Of a stretch of 64,000 nt of DNA, positions 12,401-26,312 are shown in pieces. This stretch comes from Paraspadella gotoi (taxonomy: Eukaryota > Animalia > Chaetognatha): positions 4,405,056 to 4,469,055 of the forward strand of contig CM119265.1 in the NCBI GenBank assembly GCA_051294375.1. Reading direction: 5' to 3'. Below the pieces are notes generated by a model. That model was not told the origin of the DNA and did not search any database. It saw only the letters and a program-made list of their open reading frames with translations. Positions within the stretch are counted from its first letter, which is position 1. Each line of letters begins with the position of its first letter. Both the position numbers and the translations under genes were made by a program.

Positions 12401-13285
12401 CCTCTATTTCTCTCTTATTGATTTGATTGATTTGATTGATTGATAATTTTTTTAATTGATTAATTTATAAAATCTGTTATGATTTATAATGTTATGATCT
12501 TGTTATGATTAGTTATGTTTCTCTCTCTCTCTAGTTATTTATGAATTTTCTTGTCACATTCATTGGTCATCCCATCTGATAAGCGGCTTACCGCTAAATT
12601 ATCGGAGGCAGATCCGACATTATTTGCTCAAACTTGNNNNNNNNNNNNNNNNNNNNNNNNNNNNNNNNNNNNNNNNNNNNNNNNNNNNNNNNNNNNNNNN
12701 NNNNNNNNNNNNNNNNNNNNNNNNNNNNNNNNNNNNNNNNNNNNNNNNNNNNNNNNNNNNNNNNNNNNNNNNNNNNNNNNNNNNNNNNNNNNNNNNNNNN
12801 NNNNNNNNNNNNNNNNNNNNNNNNNNNNNNNNNNNNNNNNNNNNNNNNNNNNNNNNNNNNNNNNNNNNNNNNNNNNNNNNNNNNNNNNNNNNNNNNNNNN
12901 NNNNNNNNNNNNNNNNNNNNNNNNNNNNNNNNNNNNNNNNNNNNNNNNNNNNNNNNNNNNNNNNNNNNNNNNNNNNNNNNNNNNNNNNNNNNNNNNNNNN
13001 NNNNNNNNNNNNNNNNNNNNNNNNNNNNNNNNNNNNNNNNNNNNNNNNNNNNNNNNNNNNNNNNNNNNNNNNNNNNNNNNNNNNNNNNNNNNNNNNNNNN
13101 NNNNNNNNNNNNNNNNNNNNNNNNNNNNNNNNNNNNNNNNNNNNNNNNNNNNNNNNNNNNNNNNNNNNNNNNNNNNNNNNNNNNNNNNNNNNNNNNNNNN
13201 NNNNNNNNNNNNNNNNNNNNNNNNNNNNNNNNNNNNNNNNNNNNNNNNNNNNNNNNNNNNNNNNNNNNNNNNNNNNNNNNNNNNN

Positions 13286-13318
<33 letters not shown>

Positions 13319-15099
13319 GTAATTACCCAATTTGCATTATTTATAAAAGAAAGCGGATCGAGTGAATTTATAAAAGTAAAATAAGAAGAAAAGAAAAAAA
13401 GGCCGCTTGAAAAGTTTTATGCGTTGGCCTTTTGATCTCAACGAAGANNNNNNNNNNNNNNNNNNNNNNNNNNNNNNNNNNNNNNNNNNNNNNNNNNNNN
13501 NNNNNNNNNNNNNNNNNNNNNNNNNNNNNNNNNNNNNNNNNNNNNNNNNNNNNNNNNNNNNNNNNNNNNNNNNNNNNNNNNNNNNNNNNNNNNNNNNNNN
13601 NNNNNNNNNNNNNNNNNNNNNNNNNNNNNNNNNNNNNNNNNNNNNNNNNNNNNNNNNNNNNNNNNNNNNNNNNNNNNNNNNNNNNNNNNNNNNNNNNNNN
13701 NNNNNNNNNNNNNNNNNNNNNNNNNNNNNNNNNNNNNNNNNNNNNNNNNNNNNNNNNNNNNNNNNNNNNAAAATTTTGTGACGGTGTGTGATGGGGAAGG
13801 TGATATTTTTATTCAAATATTTTCAAATATTTATAAAGATGTTGGGTTCTAGTAGTGACCATAAAAAGGTTTTTTTATTATATGAAAAAGGCGAAAAAGG
13901 CGAACTAAATAATGCGTAGACATAATGAGAGAAAAAAAAGGACAAGCGCCTAAAAGAAGGTCTTGACATCGAGGTTAACGCGGGGTACCTTACCTTTTAT
14001 GACTCGCCAACGCCACCATTATTCCTCTTGCGAGGGGGAATGGCTTAAGAGGCGCAATGTCAACTCTCTCTGTGTGTGTGTCCTCTCTCTCTCTCTTCCT
14101 CAAAGGATTAACGACGATGACGCTTCTTGTACTTGTCAGCTTCCTTGTCTCGACCGCGTTCGTCTCTCTCTCTCTCTCTCTNNNNNNNNNNNNNNNNNNN
14201 NNNNNNNNNNNNNNNNNNNNNNNNNNNNNNNNNNNNNNNNNNNNNNNNNNNNNNNNNNNNNNNNNNNNNNNNNNNNNNNNNNNNNNNNNNNNNNNNNNNN
14301 NNNNNNNNNNNNNNNNNNNNNNNNNNNNNNNNNNNNNNTTTTTTTTCTGAGTCACTCTTGTCCCGTCCTTTCTCCCTCCAATCTCATCATTTTTCATTTT
14401 CACTTTTTTGTTTTCAGTTTTCTTCCTCCTTTTTTAATTCTCTCGCATCTTCTTTTCTCTTTTTTTTTATTGTTATTTTTTTCCCATCCTTACCTGCCTG
14501 TTCTTCAAACGCTCGTTTTTTTTTCTCTCTCTTTTCGTTTTTTTGTTCTTTTTTTTATTTTTCCACATTAGTATGTATATTTTGCTTATCTCCTCTGCTT
14601 GTCACACAACCAGCACTAAAATCCTTACCCTAACGGTCACTTAACACAAAACCGCCGAGCCAACTCGTAACTCACGCATCCGAGCCAACGGGGCGCGGGN
14701 NNNNNNNNNNNNNNNNNNNNNNNNNNNNNAAAAAAAAAAAATAGAAAACGGAAAGAGAAAAGAGAAAACAGGGCCTCTTGAAAGGGGACGACGCGAAAAG
14801 ACGTCACGTGAATAGAAATCACGTGAGAAGCAAGAAGATAGAAAAGGACAGAGAGACAGAAAAAACCTTCTATCAAATTCTAAAATCTTTATCGACTCTG
14901 AAAAGGGAGTCAAAACAAGTCTGCAGGCGAGTAGCGGACAATATTCTCCTTTGGTGAAGAGAAATTGAGAGAGAAGGAGAGAAAGAGAGAGAGAGAGAGC
15001 TTCTTTTCTTTACATTTCTCTCTACGTCCTGGTATTTAAAGCCGAGCAAAGCGTCGTCTTAATTAACGCTCCGCTTTTTTTGTTCACTGCGTCCTAAAG

Positions 15100-17830
15100 A
15101 GATCTGATCAAACAGTTGGGGGAGAAAGAAGAACGCAAGACTTCGCATCAGTTCCTTTCTGGAGTGGGTGTGTCAAGCAATGGAAGGAGCCTGCGTTTCC
15201 TGTCAGTCTTCTCGGGACGCTCGCGCAAGGGTTGGGAGCCGCGGTCAACGCAGATCTTTTTATGCCCGATGGTTGATGGATCTTCCCCTGTGTCTTTGGA
15301 CCTCCCATGAATGGACTCACTTGTGTCTCTGCACATTTTGATGGCCGTCTCCAAGGATCGCAAATCGGCTGCTCTTTAAGCGCAGCTCACTCGCTCTTAC
15401 CTCTGAGAGATGCAGGGGCCGTTGCTCAATTTCTGTCCCTCTCCACACTGCAGCAGGCCTCAGTCTATCATTGCGTCTCCTCAAAGCTTCTGCGCAGATC
15501 CCGAACTTTATTTTGGACTTGGAGACTTTGGCTGCTCCAAAACTCAAGGAATGCAGCTTCAATGTCGGCGAATTCTTTTAATTCAGCTTTGGCTGATCTG
15601 CGACTCTGTAGTGGCAGTCTCTCCGAAGGAGCTTAAAGCTACACTTGACGGATTCCCCTCCTTCTGTGGATTTTATTTTGGGAATCGTTCGACGGAGGTT
15701 TTGCGGCTATCCATTCCTCTCTTTTCAAGGCTCAAGCCTTTTCGCCCACAGAAATAATGGGCAGCTCCGCGGAAGAAGTTTGCCTAGTCCAGGGGTTCCT
15801 ACAAGCCTTAATCGCAAGGTCGCGCCTTTAGGCGTTCGGAAAGGGGGTAGGAGCGGCGGTCGAAGGACTCCAAATGAACTTCCTTTGACGCCCCCTCGGC
15901 CGGTCGCCTCGTCGGCCACTTTGGGGACATCAAGACGCATGGATCTGTGCCCAGGACTCGATTTGTCTTTCTCGCCGGCCCGTCTTCCAACTTCGCGTGG
16001 AGGACTGCTTGCCACACTCACCTTCGTCCGTTTTGGGCGGATTTGGTCGGAGCAGGATTCTCCTATTCTACATAAGACGTGAAGGGTTTTCCTCATTGGC
16101 AGGAACAAACAGGAATCCCTACCAGGATGCCTCTCCTTCGGACGAGACCGCCTTCTTTTGGGGACAGGGACTCTCTCAATCGACGACCGAGATAAGCGCA
16201 GCGTTTAGAAAGGGTGCCGTGGAGGAGGTGGAACCTTCTCCGGGTTCATTATTCCAAGATTTTTCTGGTTTCCCAAAAAGATGGGGATGGAGGCGATTCC
16301 TAAATTTGAAGAGCTCAACATAGTCCTGTCATGATGTCCCTCCTTACTTCCGGATGGAAGGTTTGTCAAGATGTATATCGAAGATGGTTCTTTCCGGGGA
16401 CTGGGCGTCGTCTATCGGATCTTCGCGACGGCCTAAAATCTCGCAGCTTGCCTCTTCATGTGGATCAAGTCGCAAGTTTTGTCGGGTTCTTTGGAGGGCG
16501 CGTTTATCAGTACAAAAGTCCTGTCCTTTCGGTTTGGCAACGCGGTCCTGGCTTGTTCCACTAAGACGACCGCTCCGCTTAGTCGCATGGCTCCGCAAGA
16601 GGGCATCAGGTGCCTTTTTCTATATAGACGATTCATCCTGAACTGGGGACCTCGCAAGAGGAGGTGTCTGGTGAACACTCTCACAGCTCTTCGACTCTTT
16701 GAAGGATGCGGGTTTCATCATCCATCCCAAGAAGTGCAAAGTCTGGTTCCGACGCAAGTCTTTCAGTTCTTGGGTCTCCAATGGGACGGGGCGCTTCATC
16801 GAGTTGCGCTCCCTTGGACGAGATTTTGTCACTTCGCGAGATGGCCGACTACTCTCCTGCTAGAAGCCTCCACTCCATCAAGCCCCTAAAGGTTCTTCGC
16901 CTGCTGGGCTGCGACCGCTGCAGCCCCTCGTTGGCAGTCTCCCGCTCATTCGTTAGCAGAGCGGCAAGGATTCAACGCGAACGTCAACTGTGTCGTACTC
17001 CACGGGAGAAGGATGCTGGGGAAGGAACAGTCCTTCTTTCGAGCGGCGAGAGTGGAGCCTCACGTTGGATGTCAAGCTTCGAGATCCAAGGATTGCTTTG
17101 CTCCGATCGCCGATGTTTCCTGGATTCTTGAACGGCGGAAGTGACGACGATGCCTCCCAGAGGGTGGGGCTTCCTGTTTCGCGGGCTCTTCACCGGGGGA
17201 CTTTGGGAAAGTTGTGATGCCCCATCTCCATATAACTGGTGAAGGAGGTTCATGGTCCTGCATGCCATATGAGCAGGATTCCCTTGGTCCCAGATTCAGG
17301 AGGGGTGCTATTTATTAGGTCTGGGCCCAAGTCGCTTCTTATCGTGTCGACGGGGTAGATCTCCGCCGTACGCCAGCCGCTCACAGGATCTCTCACGAAG
17401 TTGTCATGCTCGGTCGGGTTGGCGATTTCTCTCCTTCTGGCTCAGTCTCTGCAGATCCACATATGTGGGGACCGCACCATTTCTCGGAGGGATGTCAACT
17501 TTGCATCCGCTCGGCATCGCACGCATCTCGCGGAAGCGTAGCAGTTCAGATTGCTTCTCATTTTCTCTCCTCCTGCCAAGTTCGACCCCGGACCCTTTTC
17601 CGACGCGCTTCCTGGGTTTGCCCCATCGATAGTATCTGGTTTTGCGGACGGCGCTCTCAGAGCCTCAATCCTCTCACTCTCTCTGCTCCCGTCAGGTTTC
17701 CTCGCTACTCTCTCTCTCTTAGGATAGCATGAGGAGGACTCTCTTCAGGACTCGGGATGTGCCCTCAGTCAACGTTTCGGGCTTACTTCTTTCTGCTCAT
17801 CGAGCAGGGCATTATCGTCAAGATAACGCT
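15100..17830 (+). mobile_element. Decayed DIRS-like (tyrosine-recombinase class) retrotransposon, RT/RNase H remnant
   Basis: Frameshifted fragments in expected order: KGAVEEV, SR.FLV.PK, FLNLK, DLRD, GRVYQYK..PFGLAT, LVAWLRK.GIRC.FYIDD (tatatagacgat 16621-16632), LFEGCGF..HP, PTQVFQFLGLQWD (about 16750-16790), DDAS followed by a His-Ile segment of RNase H (about 17145-17250). GC-richer than flanks. Boundaries approximate. Confidence 0.8.
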
Positions 17831-20308
17831 CTCCTCCCTCTTTCCCTCTCTCTCTCTTTCATTCTGAAATCAGGTCGTCAGAATCTGGAAGATTGGAAAA
17901 TTAGAAAAAAGGCAACATGCGTATCTTTTTTGNNNNNNNNNNNNNNNNNNNNNNNNNTTTTGCGTCGAGCGAATCTTTTCTCGCAGTTTTTCTAACCGAC
18001 GACTTTTAGGTCGAACGAGCTACGAGTACATCCGACGCTCACGTTAGCCCGTTATTTACATTTTTGAGGCCGTCATTCTGTAAAAAGTAAACGCTGCGAA
18101 AAATGCCGCAACCCCAGCCGCATATTTTATGCTCAAATGCTGCGGCGCGATTTCGCCCGGCGTCCTGGCAGCGAACAACATCGGGGCCAGAGCGAGCAAA
18201 GCGCGAGGGCCACGAAATAAAAAAAAAACGAAGTGGCGCGGCGCGGGTCCGGCGGCGTTGAATTGAAGGGCATAAAAGCCTCGACGGGTCCCCCGGGCGG
18301 CTCTTGACTCCTTTCCCTTTGGCTTTCGCATTAAAACCGACGCCCCTGTTCTCTCGCCCGCCATTTCGAGACGCCACGCTCCACGATGACCTGCCATTTC
18401 GTCTCTCGACCGGTCGGTTGGGGTCTTTTGCTTCGAGTCTCCGGTTCCGTTTATTTTCGATTCCCCACGAAGCTGGGTTCTTCAAATCGTCCAAAAATGA
18501 CCGAGTATTTTTTTAAAATTTTTAACTTCATGTTATTATGTTCCACACTGTATCCCCAAAGGCACCGGATAACGGACAAAAATCGTCAAAAAGACCTCAA
18601 TTTCCCCAGAAAACGAATACATATCCATTCTTAATTCCATTTCAATTTTCGCCCATATTTGTGTCGCAATCTTTCTCTTGGTTTTTATTGGATTTCGCTT
18701 ACAAGAAAATGACCCGTCACGTTGTAATAAAATTTGAAAAAATTCATCATCCAATCTATTTTTTTCCCTTTTTTTTCTCTTCTTGCTTTTATTTCCTTTC
18801 TTTTCTCGATCTTTGTTTTTTTCTTTTTCTCTTTTATTCTTTTTTTGCTTATATTTCCTTTCTTTTTTTGATTTTTTTTCTTTTCTTTTTCTCTTTTTCT
18901 CTCTTCTTGCTTCTATTTACTTTCTTTTGTCGATCTTTGTTCTTTCCTTTTTCTATTTCGTTCTCTTCTTGCTTCTATTTCCTTTCTTTTCTCGATCTTT
19001 GTTCTTTTCTTTTTCTATTTTTTATGAGGTTTCGACTCCTTTCTTCTTTTTCTTTCTCTCTCCCTTCGTTCCTTTATCATTCCGAGTGCGCGAAGATAAA
19101 AGGACCTGATCTGCATTTTCGATTTTGATGCGAAAGAATCGATAAGAAAAAAATGAGAGGAGAGATAGAGAGCGAGAGGAGGAGAGACGAGTTAGAGAAG
19201 GAGCCAACAAAATAAGATATGAGTCGATACACGAGTGAAGGAAGGCCGTTTCTCCTATCGTCGTATTATTTCTTTTATCCGCGTTTGTCAGAATAAAATA
19301 TTCACTCGAGTCCAACGAATAAAATGGAAACGAAGTCGAGAGAGAAAGAAGATTGTTTGTGTTGCGGCGATTTCGGTTCTGACCTCGTGACTCTGAGGTA
19401 ATGAGATTGTTTTGATTCCGGGACCTTTTTATTCTGGGTCAGGGATCATACGAAAGAGAAACTTGGTTTCGATTCTGCTTTTGAAAAACTTTTTACTGTC
19501 GTGTGTCAGTTTTTTTTATTTATTAATTGTCACTTAATAATAAATCTTAATCCCCGGCGATAAAAAAAATGTGAGAGATAAAGGCAAGTAAAAAAAAAAA
19601 GAATGACCGACGATTCAACGATTTATAGTTGTATTGATTCTGATTAATAGCGTCTCCGAGCGACGAGGCGATAAGTCATCAATCCCGATTACAATACTTC
19701 TTCCTCGTAAATCCGCCTTTCGAACGAGAACGGATTATAATCCTTTTTATTCCTTCTNNNNNNNNNNNNNNNNNNNNNNNNNNNNNNNNNNNNNNNNNNN
19801 NNNNNNNNNNNNNNNNNNNNNNNNNNNNNNNNNNNNNNNNNNNNNNNNNNNNNNNNNNNNNNNNNNNNNNNNNNNNNNNNNNNNNNNNNNNNNNNNNNNN
19901 NNNNNNNNNNNNNNNNNNNNNNNNNNNNNNNNNNNNNNNNNNNNNNNNNNNNNNNNNNNNNNNNNNNNNNNNNNNNNNNNNNNNNNNNNNNNNNNNNNNN
20001 NNNNNTTTTTTTTTGCTCGTTCCCTTCCTTTTTCTTGTCTAGAGGGTAACCCTCTTTCTTTTTCTCCCTCTCACTATCCCTTATTTATTTTTATCTTTTC
20101 TTTTTTTCCTTTTTTTTCTCTCCTTATTTTTCTCCCTATCGCCAAAAAAATAGGGCGAGAAGATCGTTTGTTTTCATTCGCTTCGAATTCGTCCGCCATT
20201 TTCTTTCATTTCCTTTTATTTTCTCCATTTTTTTCCCGTTCGTCCGCTTCTTATTTTCTCTTTCGCTTCGAATCTCATTCATTTTCGCTTATCCCCCACC
20301 GTTTTTAG

Positions 20309-20527
20309 GCGTCGCGAATCACCGGCGCCGCTTCCACCGGGCCCGTCTCAAAACCGGCGTCGTCTCCGGTCGGCGCCAATGAAGCCAACGACGTCGGCGC
20401 CAAAAAAGCCGCGCCCAAAGTCGCGCAGCGCCTCTATCTGGAAATTCAAAGCTGCAACGAGAAACTGTACGAGGACTTCAAGGACAGACTCTTGCAATAC
20501 TACTCGGCCAAGGCGGGGGACCTTAGC
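20309..20527 (+). CDS. FSTL4/5-like exon, linker plus helix before EF-hands (3' end lost in N gap)
   Basis: ttttag acceptor, phase 0 matching the previous donor; reads ASRITGAASTGPVSKPASSPVGANEANDVGAKKAAPKVAQRLYLEIQSCNEKLYEDFKDRLLQYYSAKAGDLS; the C....YE..KD.LL.Y motif resembles the FSTL4/5 post-Kazal segment; runs into gap at 20528. Confidence 0.82.
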
Positions 20528-21841
20528 NNNNNNNNNNNNNNNNNNNNNNNNNNNNNNNNNNNNNNNNNNNNNNNNNNNNNNNNNNNNNNNNNNNNNNNNN
20601 NNNNNNNNNNNNNNNNNNNNNNNNNNNNNNNNNNNNNNNNNNNNNNNNNNNNNNNNNNNNNNNNNNNNNNNNNNNNNNNNNNNNNNNNNNNNNNNNNNNN
20701 NNNNNNNNNNNNNNNGAGAGAGAGAGAGAGAGAAGGAAAGAAAAAGATATTGAATATTAAAGAAAGAAAAAAAAGAAAAGTAATAACATTTATGAAATGT
20801 CCCTGGGATGAAGAGTATTAGATGAGAACTTGACTCCTTTCCCTCACCTCAACCTTAATCGAAACTTACCTTCCCCCCTCCGTCTCTCAGAAGAATAGAG
20901 AGAATCGTTTTAGCGGCATTTCGCTTTATAACTCTTTCCCAGAATTAAATGTCAAGTAAATCCGAGAGAGAAAGAGACGAAGAAAAAAAACCCGGACGGA
21001 AACGATACGGATATAAATTAGGATAAAGGGCCGGAGAGAGATGAGAGTAGAAAGAAGAGGGGGGAGACGGAAGAGATGGAGAGAGGGAGAGAGAGAGAGA
21101 GAAGAGGAGAGAGAGCAGATGAGAGAGAGGAGAGAGAGATATGAGAGAGAAGAAGAAAGGGAAGAGGAGTTAGAGAGAGAGAGGATGAGAGAGAGTATAA
21201 GAAGAAGGAAAAAAGAGGAAAAGGATTTCGTTTAATTTGCGGCGGCGACCGAGAGAGGGCGGAAATTTGAAGAGAAAAAAAATTGAGACGAAGGATGAAG
21301 ATGAATGAAGGAGACGAAGACAAAAGACATGGGGGAGATATGGGGGGAGAGAGATGAGGGAGTAGAGAGAGATCGTGGGGAACAGATAACGATTTGGAGA
21401 GATACTAAATAGAATGGAAATGGGGGATAGAAGGAAGAAGAAAAAATGGAGGAAAAGGAAAGAGATGAAAAGTAGAAAAGACAGTTCACACGCAACATCC
21501 CATAGCGCGTCGCATAGGAACCAAGTATCAGATTAAAAACAATCAGGTCTGTTTTTTGTTGTTTTGTTTTTTTTCTCTCGAAAAGCCGGTTGGTAACTTA
21601 AAAGATGAAGTCCGGTCAATTGCGTCTAGTTCCTATCAACATTTTGATTCCAGATGTGGATTTAAAATGAGAAAAGAAGAGAAAAGTGAAGGAAAAGAAA
21701 ACGATTATTCATCCCCTTTTCTAAGTCTGATGATCCAAAATGAATTTCCGGTTATTTCGTCGGTTATGAGTGACCGAACTTTCCCGCTGAGATCGATGCC
21801 CAAAGCCCAGGAGAACATTTATCAGAACGCGTTCTTTCTTG

Positions 21842-21872
<31 letters not shown>

Positions 21873-21936
21873 CCACCCTTCTGATCCTTTTCTTCTGGGT
21901 GTCTTGAGGAGAAGAAACGATTATTTGGTGGATGAG

Positions 21937-21975
<39 letters not shown>
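21937..21975 (+). repeat. (GAC)n trinucleotide microsatellite
   Basis: Direct reading; imperfect GAC/GAT tracts also at 22313-22387 and 36374-36491. Confidence 0.93.
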
Positions 21976-22427
21976 TCTCAAACCGAACCATGTCGCGACC
22001 TTGACAGTCACGACGATGATGACGACGTCAATAAAGAAATAGAAATAAAACATCAAACAGATCTCAAGATTTGTGGAATAAATTATCACCGCAAAATAGA
22101 ATGCGAAAAATAATAAAGAGGAGAAAATGAAAAGAAGCAATTAAGATATCAGAGAAGGGCCTCGCTAATAAATTACGGTTAAGTATTAATTTATAATTAA
22201 ATTTTGGGGATTGAGAAACTAAATTGGGGCGCTTTTGGAAAAGAGAGCCTCCATAAGTAGAAGATGAAAAAAGATGAAAATGTCAAGGAATAGAATCAAA
22301 GTCGACAGTAAAGACGACGACGCAGATGTTTTTGAGTTATGATGATGCTGAAGACGACGAAGACGAAGAAGACGACGATGACGACGANNNNNNNNNNNNN
22401 NNNNNNNNNNNNAAAAAGAGAGAAGAT

Positions 22428-23463
22428 ACAATACCATGCTCAAGGGAACACACCATCCCAGGCGTTGTTTTCAATCCACATCCACCTGAGCCTATTTCAA
22501 AATATAACATTAGTGTACGAGATAGGCGGACCGAGGAAGACCAAGGCGTTAACTGGAGGCCCTTTTTCAAAATATAACATTGTGCGTACCTAGGGTAAAC
22601 CAGCGGCCAGTGACTGGAGGCGTCTCTGAGGGTCGAAAGCGCCCAAAACCAATAGTGATCGGGGGGTGTGCCCCATCCAATGGCATCACAGGCAATCCTG
22701 GCCTGTTTCCAATATCATGTTACTAGTACAATAACTATGACAAAAACAGATAAAGTAGACACACGTAAAAGAATCAGCTCGTTAAGGCATTTCCGTTGGT
22801 TTTGTTTATCGGCCTTTGTCCATTTGTCCTCGTCCATGCATCCCTTCCCCGTTCCCAGCGGCCAAACACAAAAACCATCGACGCTCGATTCTCCATTCCA
22901 TCTCAACTCTCGCTAACAGAGACAAATCCCAAATGTCCACCGAAAAAGAGAAAAAAAAAATCTTCGATTCAAAGTATTTCTAAAACGACGTGAGGATCTT
23001 AAAGGATAGAAAGGATAGAGAAAAAGGACAGTGAAGGTTAGAAACTTGGATGGATAGAGACCCGCCAAGACCGAACGAGATTCAAAGGGGGAAAAAATTA
23101 CAATTTTCCTCTCTTTTGTTGATCGTTATAATGTCTGCCTAAACCGAAGCAACAATGCGCCGAAAAAAGAAAAATTAGATCAACAAAAACCAAATATATA
23201 TCTTTACTGTAAGTATACAATAATATGCAGGAATTTCGCGGTTTTTTTTCCCCCCTAATCGGCACGAAAAGTGAGTTTGTTTTTCCCACCGAGAAGAAAA
23301 GTTTTTTTATTTTAATTTAAAAAAAGAAGAAAGAAGAAACTCGAGCGACGAGGTGAAAAAAAAAAGCGAAGGCTCTCCGAAGGTGGAAACAACAAGGGAA
23401 CAAGAGAGAAAGAGAAAGAGAGAGAGAGAGAGACGAGGTATATGAGAGAGAGAGACGGAGAGT

Positions 23464-23505
<42 letters not shown>

Positions 23506-25417
23506 AAGAGAAGGAAAGAAGCAGAAGAGGGAGGAGTGAGCGTGTTAACGGGAAATTACATACTGACAATACGACTACACTCTGCCCCCTCTGTCCCTGC
23601 GGTCAACGTATATGAAACGAGGAACGACAAATGTCCCCTCGCGTCACACTCTTATCCTGTCCGTTCGCGTACAGACAATGACGAGCAGGCCATCTTTGTC
23701 TCCATGAATACCATAGCCGTCATGTCGTGGGAGGCCGCTCAAATAACGACGACGAAGGCGGCGCGCACGACCCAGTCCCCCCCATGCTATACAACCGTAG
23801 ATCTCAATGAGTCGGAAGCGCGTCACCGAGATCCCCGTGAACGCCACGCGACGGAAGGACGACGACTTTCGATTTACGACCCGGAAACGGAGAAAGACGG
23901 TCCGCCACGCCCACATCGTCCTCTGCCGTCGCCACGCCACTACTCGAACGATCTCAGTCTGCAGGCACCAATGTCACGGGACGTCACGAGTGAATCAAGT
24001 TCGCCAATGTTATACTGCAATCGCCTTCCACGGTCCACCATAGTCAGCAGAGAGTCATCACACCGTCCGGTCAAATGCCACGCACGCGCGATCGTCAACC
24101 AGCAAGGGGGCGTTTGGGGGAGAGGGATAGTCGAAGAGATAGATAGAGGGGGGCAGGATATGAGCATCCCCCACTTAATCTAAACGTCACACACTACGAT
24201 CATCAGCCTGCGAATTTGTCTATATTGAGAGTTAACTATGTGCATATAGCCCCAGCATGAGCGTTATATTCAGGATAGCCGTTCGATTCACGTGATGAGT
24301 ACGCAGAGACCATATGAAGAGAGAGCCATGTGTGTGTGGTGGAGGTTGGTAAAGGGGTGGTGGGGTTGAGGGTAGGGTGGTGGGGTGTAAAGTGTTGGAT
24401 GGATATGTGGGTGTATGGAATGGAGTTCCTTGAGGAGGATGAATTTATGAGGAGAAAAGATTAAAGAATGCGAAGAATGAAAAGGAGACAGGAATAATGA
24501 AAGGTGGGTGAAAATTGTTTGAGAAACAGAACGAGGGAAATAAAAAGAAGAAAAAGTTTTCGGTTTTTTGAGAAGAAAAATGAGGTGTGATAAGAAACGG
24601 AAAGAATTTAAAGATGAAAGAAGGTTTTTATGAGAATCGAGTTAAAAAGGAAAAGAAAGAATACTTTTATAGGGAAACGTAAACGAACTGAAAAAGAAAA
24701 AAAGAACAACAATTGCGATTGTAATAATAAAAAAATAGTAGAATGACTTCCAATTTAATCAGAATAAAAAAAATAAGGAATTAAAGAGGAATAAGACAAG
24801 CGAATCAAAATTGAATAACGCCAATACACGTACACAAAGATACCCAGTTTATGTTTTAAAGACGGATAAACGACAAGATCCCTCCATAAGGACATTATTT
24901 GAGGACATAGCTTGAATAAAAAACCGGGCCAAACACATTTCTTGTTAAAAATACGAAATTCCGGTAAAAATTAGTAATATATTCTAAAAAAGCCAATGTC
25001 CCAGAGAAAGATTAAAATGCCATTTCCCGATCAAAAAACATTTCAAGAGTCATGCGTAATAAAGAAACCAGCACTAAGACATTCCGCTTGAAACATCATT
25101 TTGGCGCTCCTCCCACCATTCCACGGAAAAAAGACATAAAAAAAAGCTCGAAATGTTATTAAATTTTTTCCGATTTGGCCAAAATAATTACGCAGGGGAA
25201 TATAAAGTACGGAGAGGCGCAGTTTTATGCCATCATTTGAAATTCTAAAAAATGTTTTCCTTCTCACTTTTTTCTATTTTCAAATTTTTTTTTTTTATCC
25301 TTTTTTCGACAATTCACTTAAATGTACGCAAGTTTGGTTTTTCGGCTCGAAACAACTCCGAAGCAGCTCGACCGAAGGACCAGCCCTCTCCTTAATTTGG
25401 CAAGAGGCAAGGTCACA
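22428..25417 (+). repeat. Left arm of ~3 kb inverted duplication
   Basis: Reverse-complement matches to 26313-28981 throughout, e.g. ttggcaagaggcaaggtcaca (25397-25417) vs tgtgaccttgcctcttgccaa (26313-26333); cacaccatcccaggcgttg (22450) vs caacgcctgggatggtgtg (28937). Confidence 0.9.
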
Positions 25418-26312
25418 GCGTTTTGAGCGGAACTAAGTCTCTTCTTAAAAACAGCAACGATACAAAGATTTTGTTTTTTTAAATTTTTATTTCTTTGCAC
25501 ATTGAGAGAGCTAGTTTTGAAGTTATATCTATTCGATATCGATTCGATATTCTAATTCGATCTAAATACTTAAGGGAGTGGTCTTTCATACAATGAACAT
25601 TCTTTGAAAAAATATTTCCACTTCATTGATAGGGGAAGGCAGGTACTCTGGGAGGGAAATAAAACGAGACTGTGAGAGAGTCTTGATTAAAAGCTTGCGG
25701 GACCGCTATGGTCATTATCTTGTAAGAGTGATGAGGCCTTAAACGCAACCAAAGCCTGTCCAAAGTCAGGGCAAGAATAGCTATTTATTAAATTGAATGG
25801 ATAATTTTTATATTGGTTGTACCCTAATTTCCATTCTATTCAGTTATAAAGTTCCAATTTTGCTTTTCCCGATGACCAGCTGCCAAAATAATCCTTGAGC
25901 TGTGAGTCCTCCAATGGACTATTCTCTCTCTCTCTCTCTCTCCATCAATCTCCCTCCTCTCTCTCTCATCATCTCCTCTCTCTCCTCTCATCATCATCTC
26001 ATCTCTCTCTCCTCTCTCTCTCTCTTCTCGTCGGCCTCCCACAATCTTCATCAATCATCTTTAAGTCACAGAATCGTTATCGGCCTAATCCCTTCCATAT
26101 TATTCTTCAAAATGGTTTGTTTACTGATCCCAATATACATTCCCCGACTCGGCGGAACTCTTTCTTTTTTTCTCCCCCTCACGTCTCATGCTCTAATATT
26201 TCCTTCTCTCCCACTCCCTCCATCACTGCCTCTCTTTCTATCCCCTCACCATTATTCATTTTTTTCTTAATCATTTAATGTTCACAGATTTCGCCATCAG
26301 TCATCGTCGTTT

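Noticed and set aside
12551-13816. ORFs of 120-280 aa made of X
   Set aside because: They span N gaps; no information.
21556-22113. Poly-Asp ORF (also 22326-22577 and 36345-36536)
   Set aside because: GAC/GAT microsatellite translations without credible splice sites or domain content.
23536-24183. 215-aa ORF in the left arm of the inverted repeat
   Set aside because: No recognisable motif, non-ATG start, frame not kept in the other arm.
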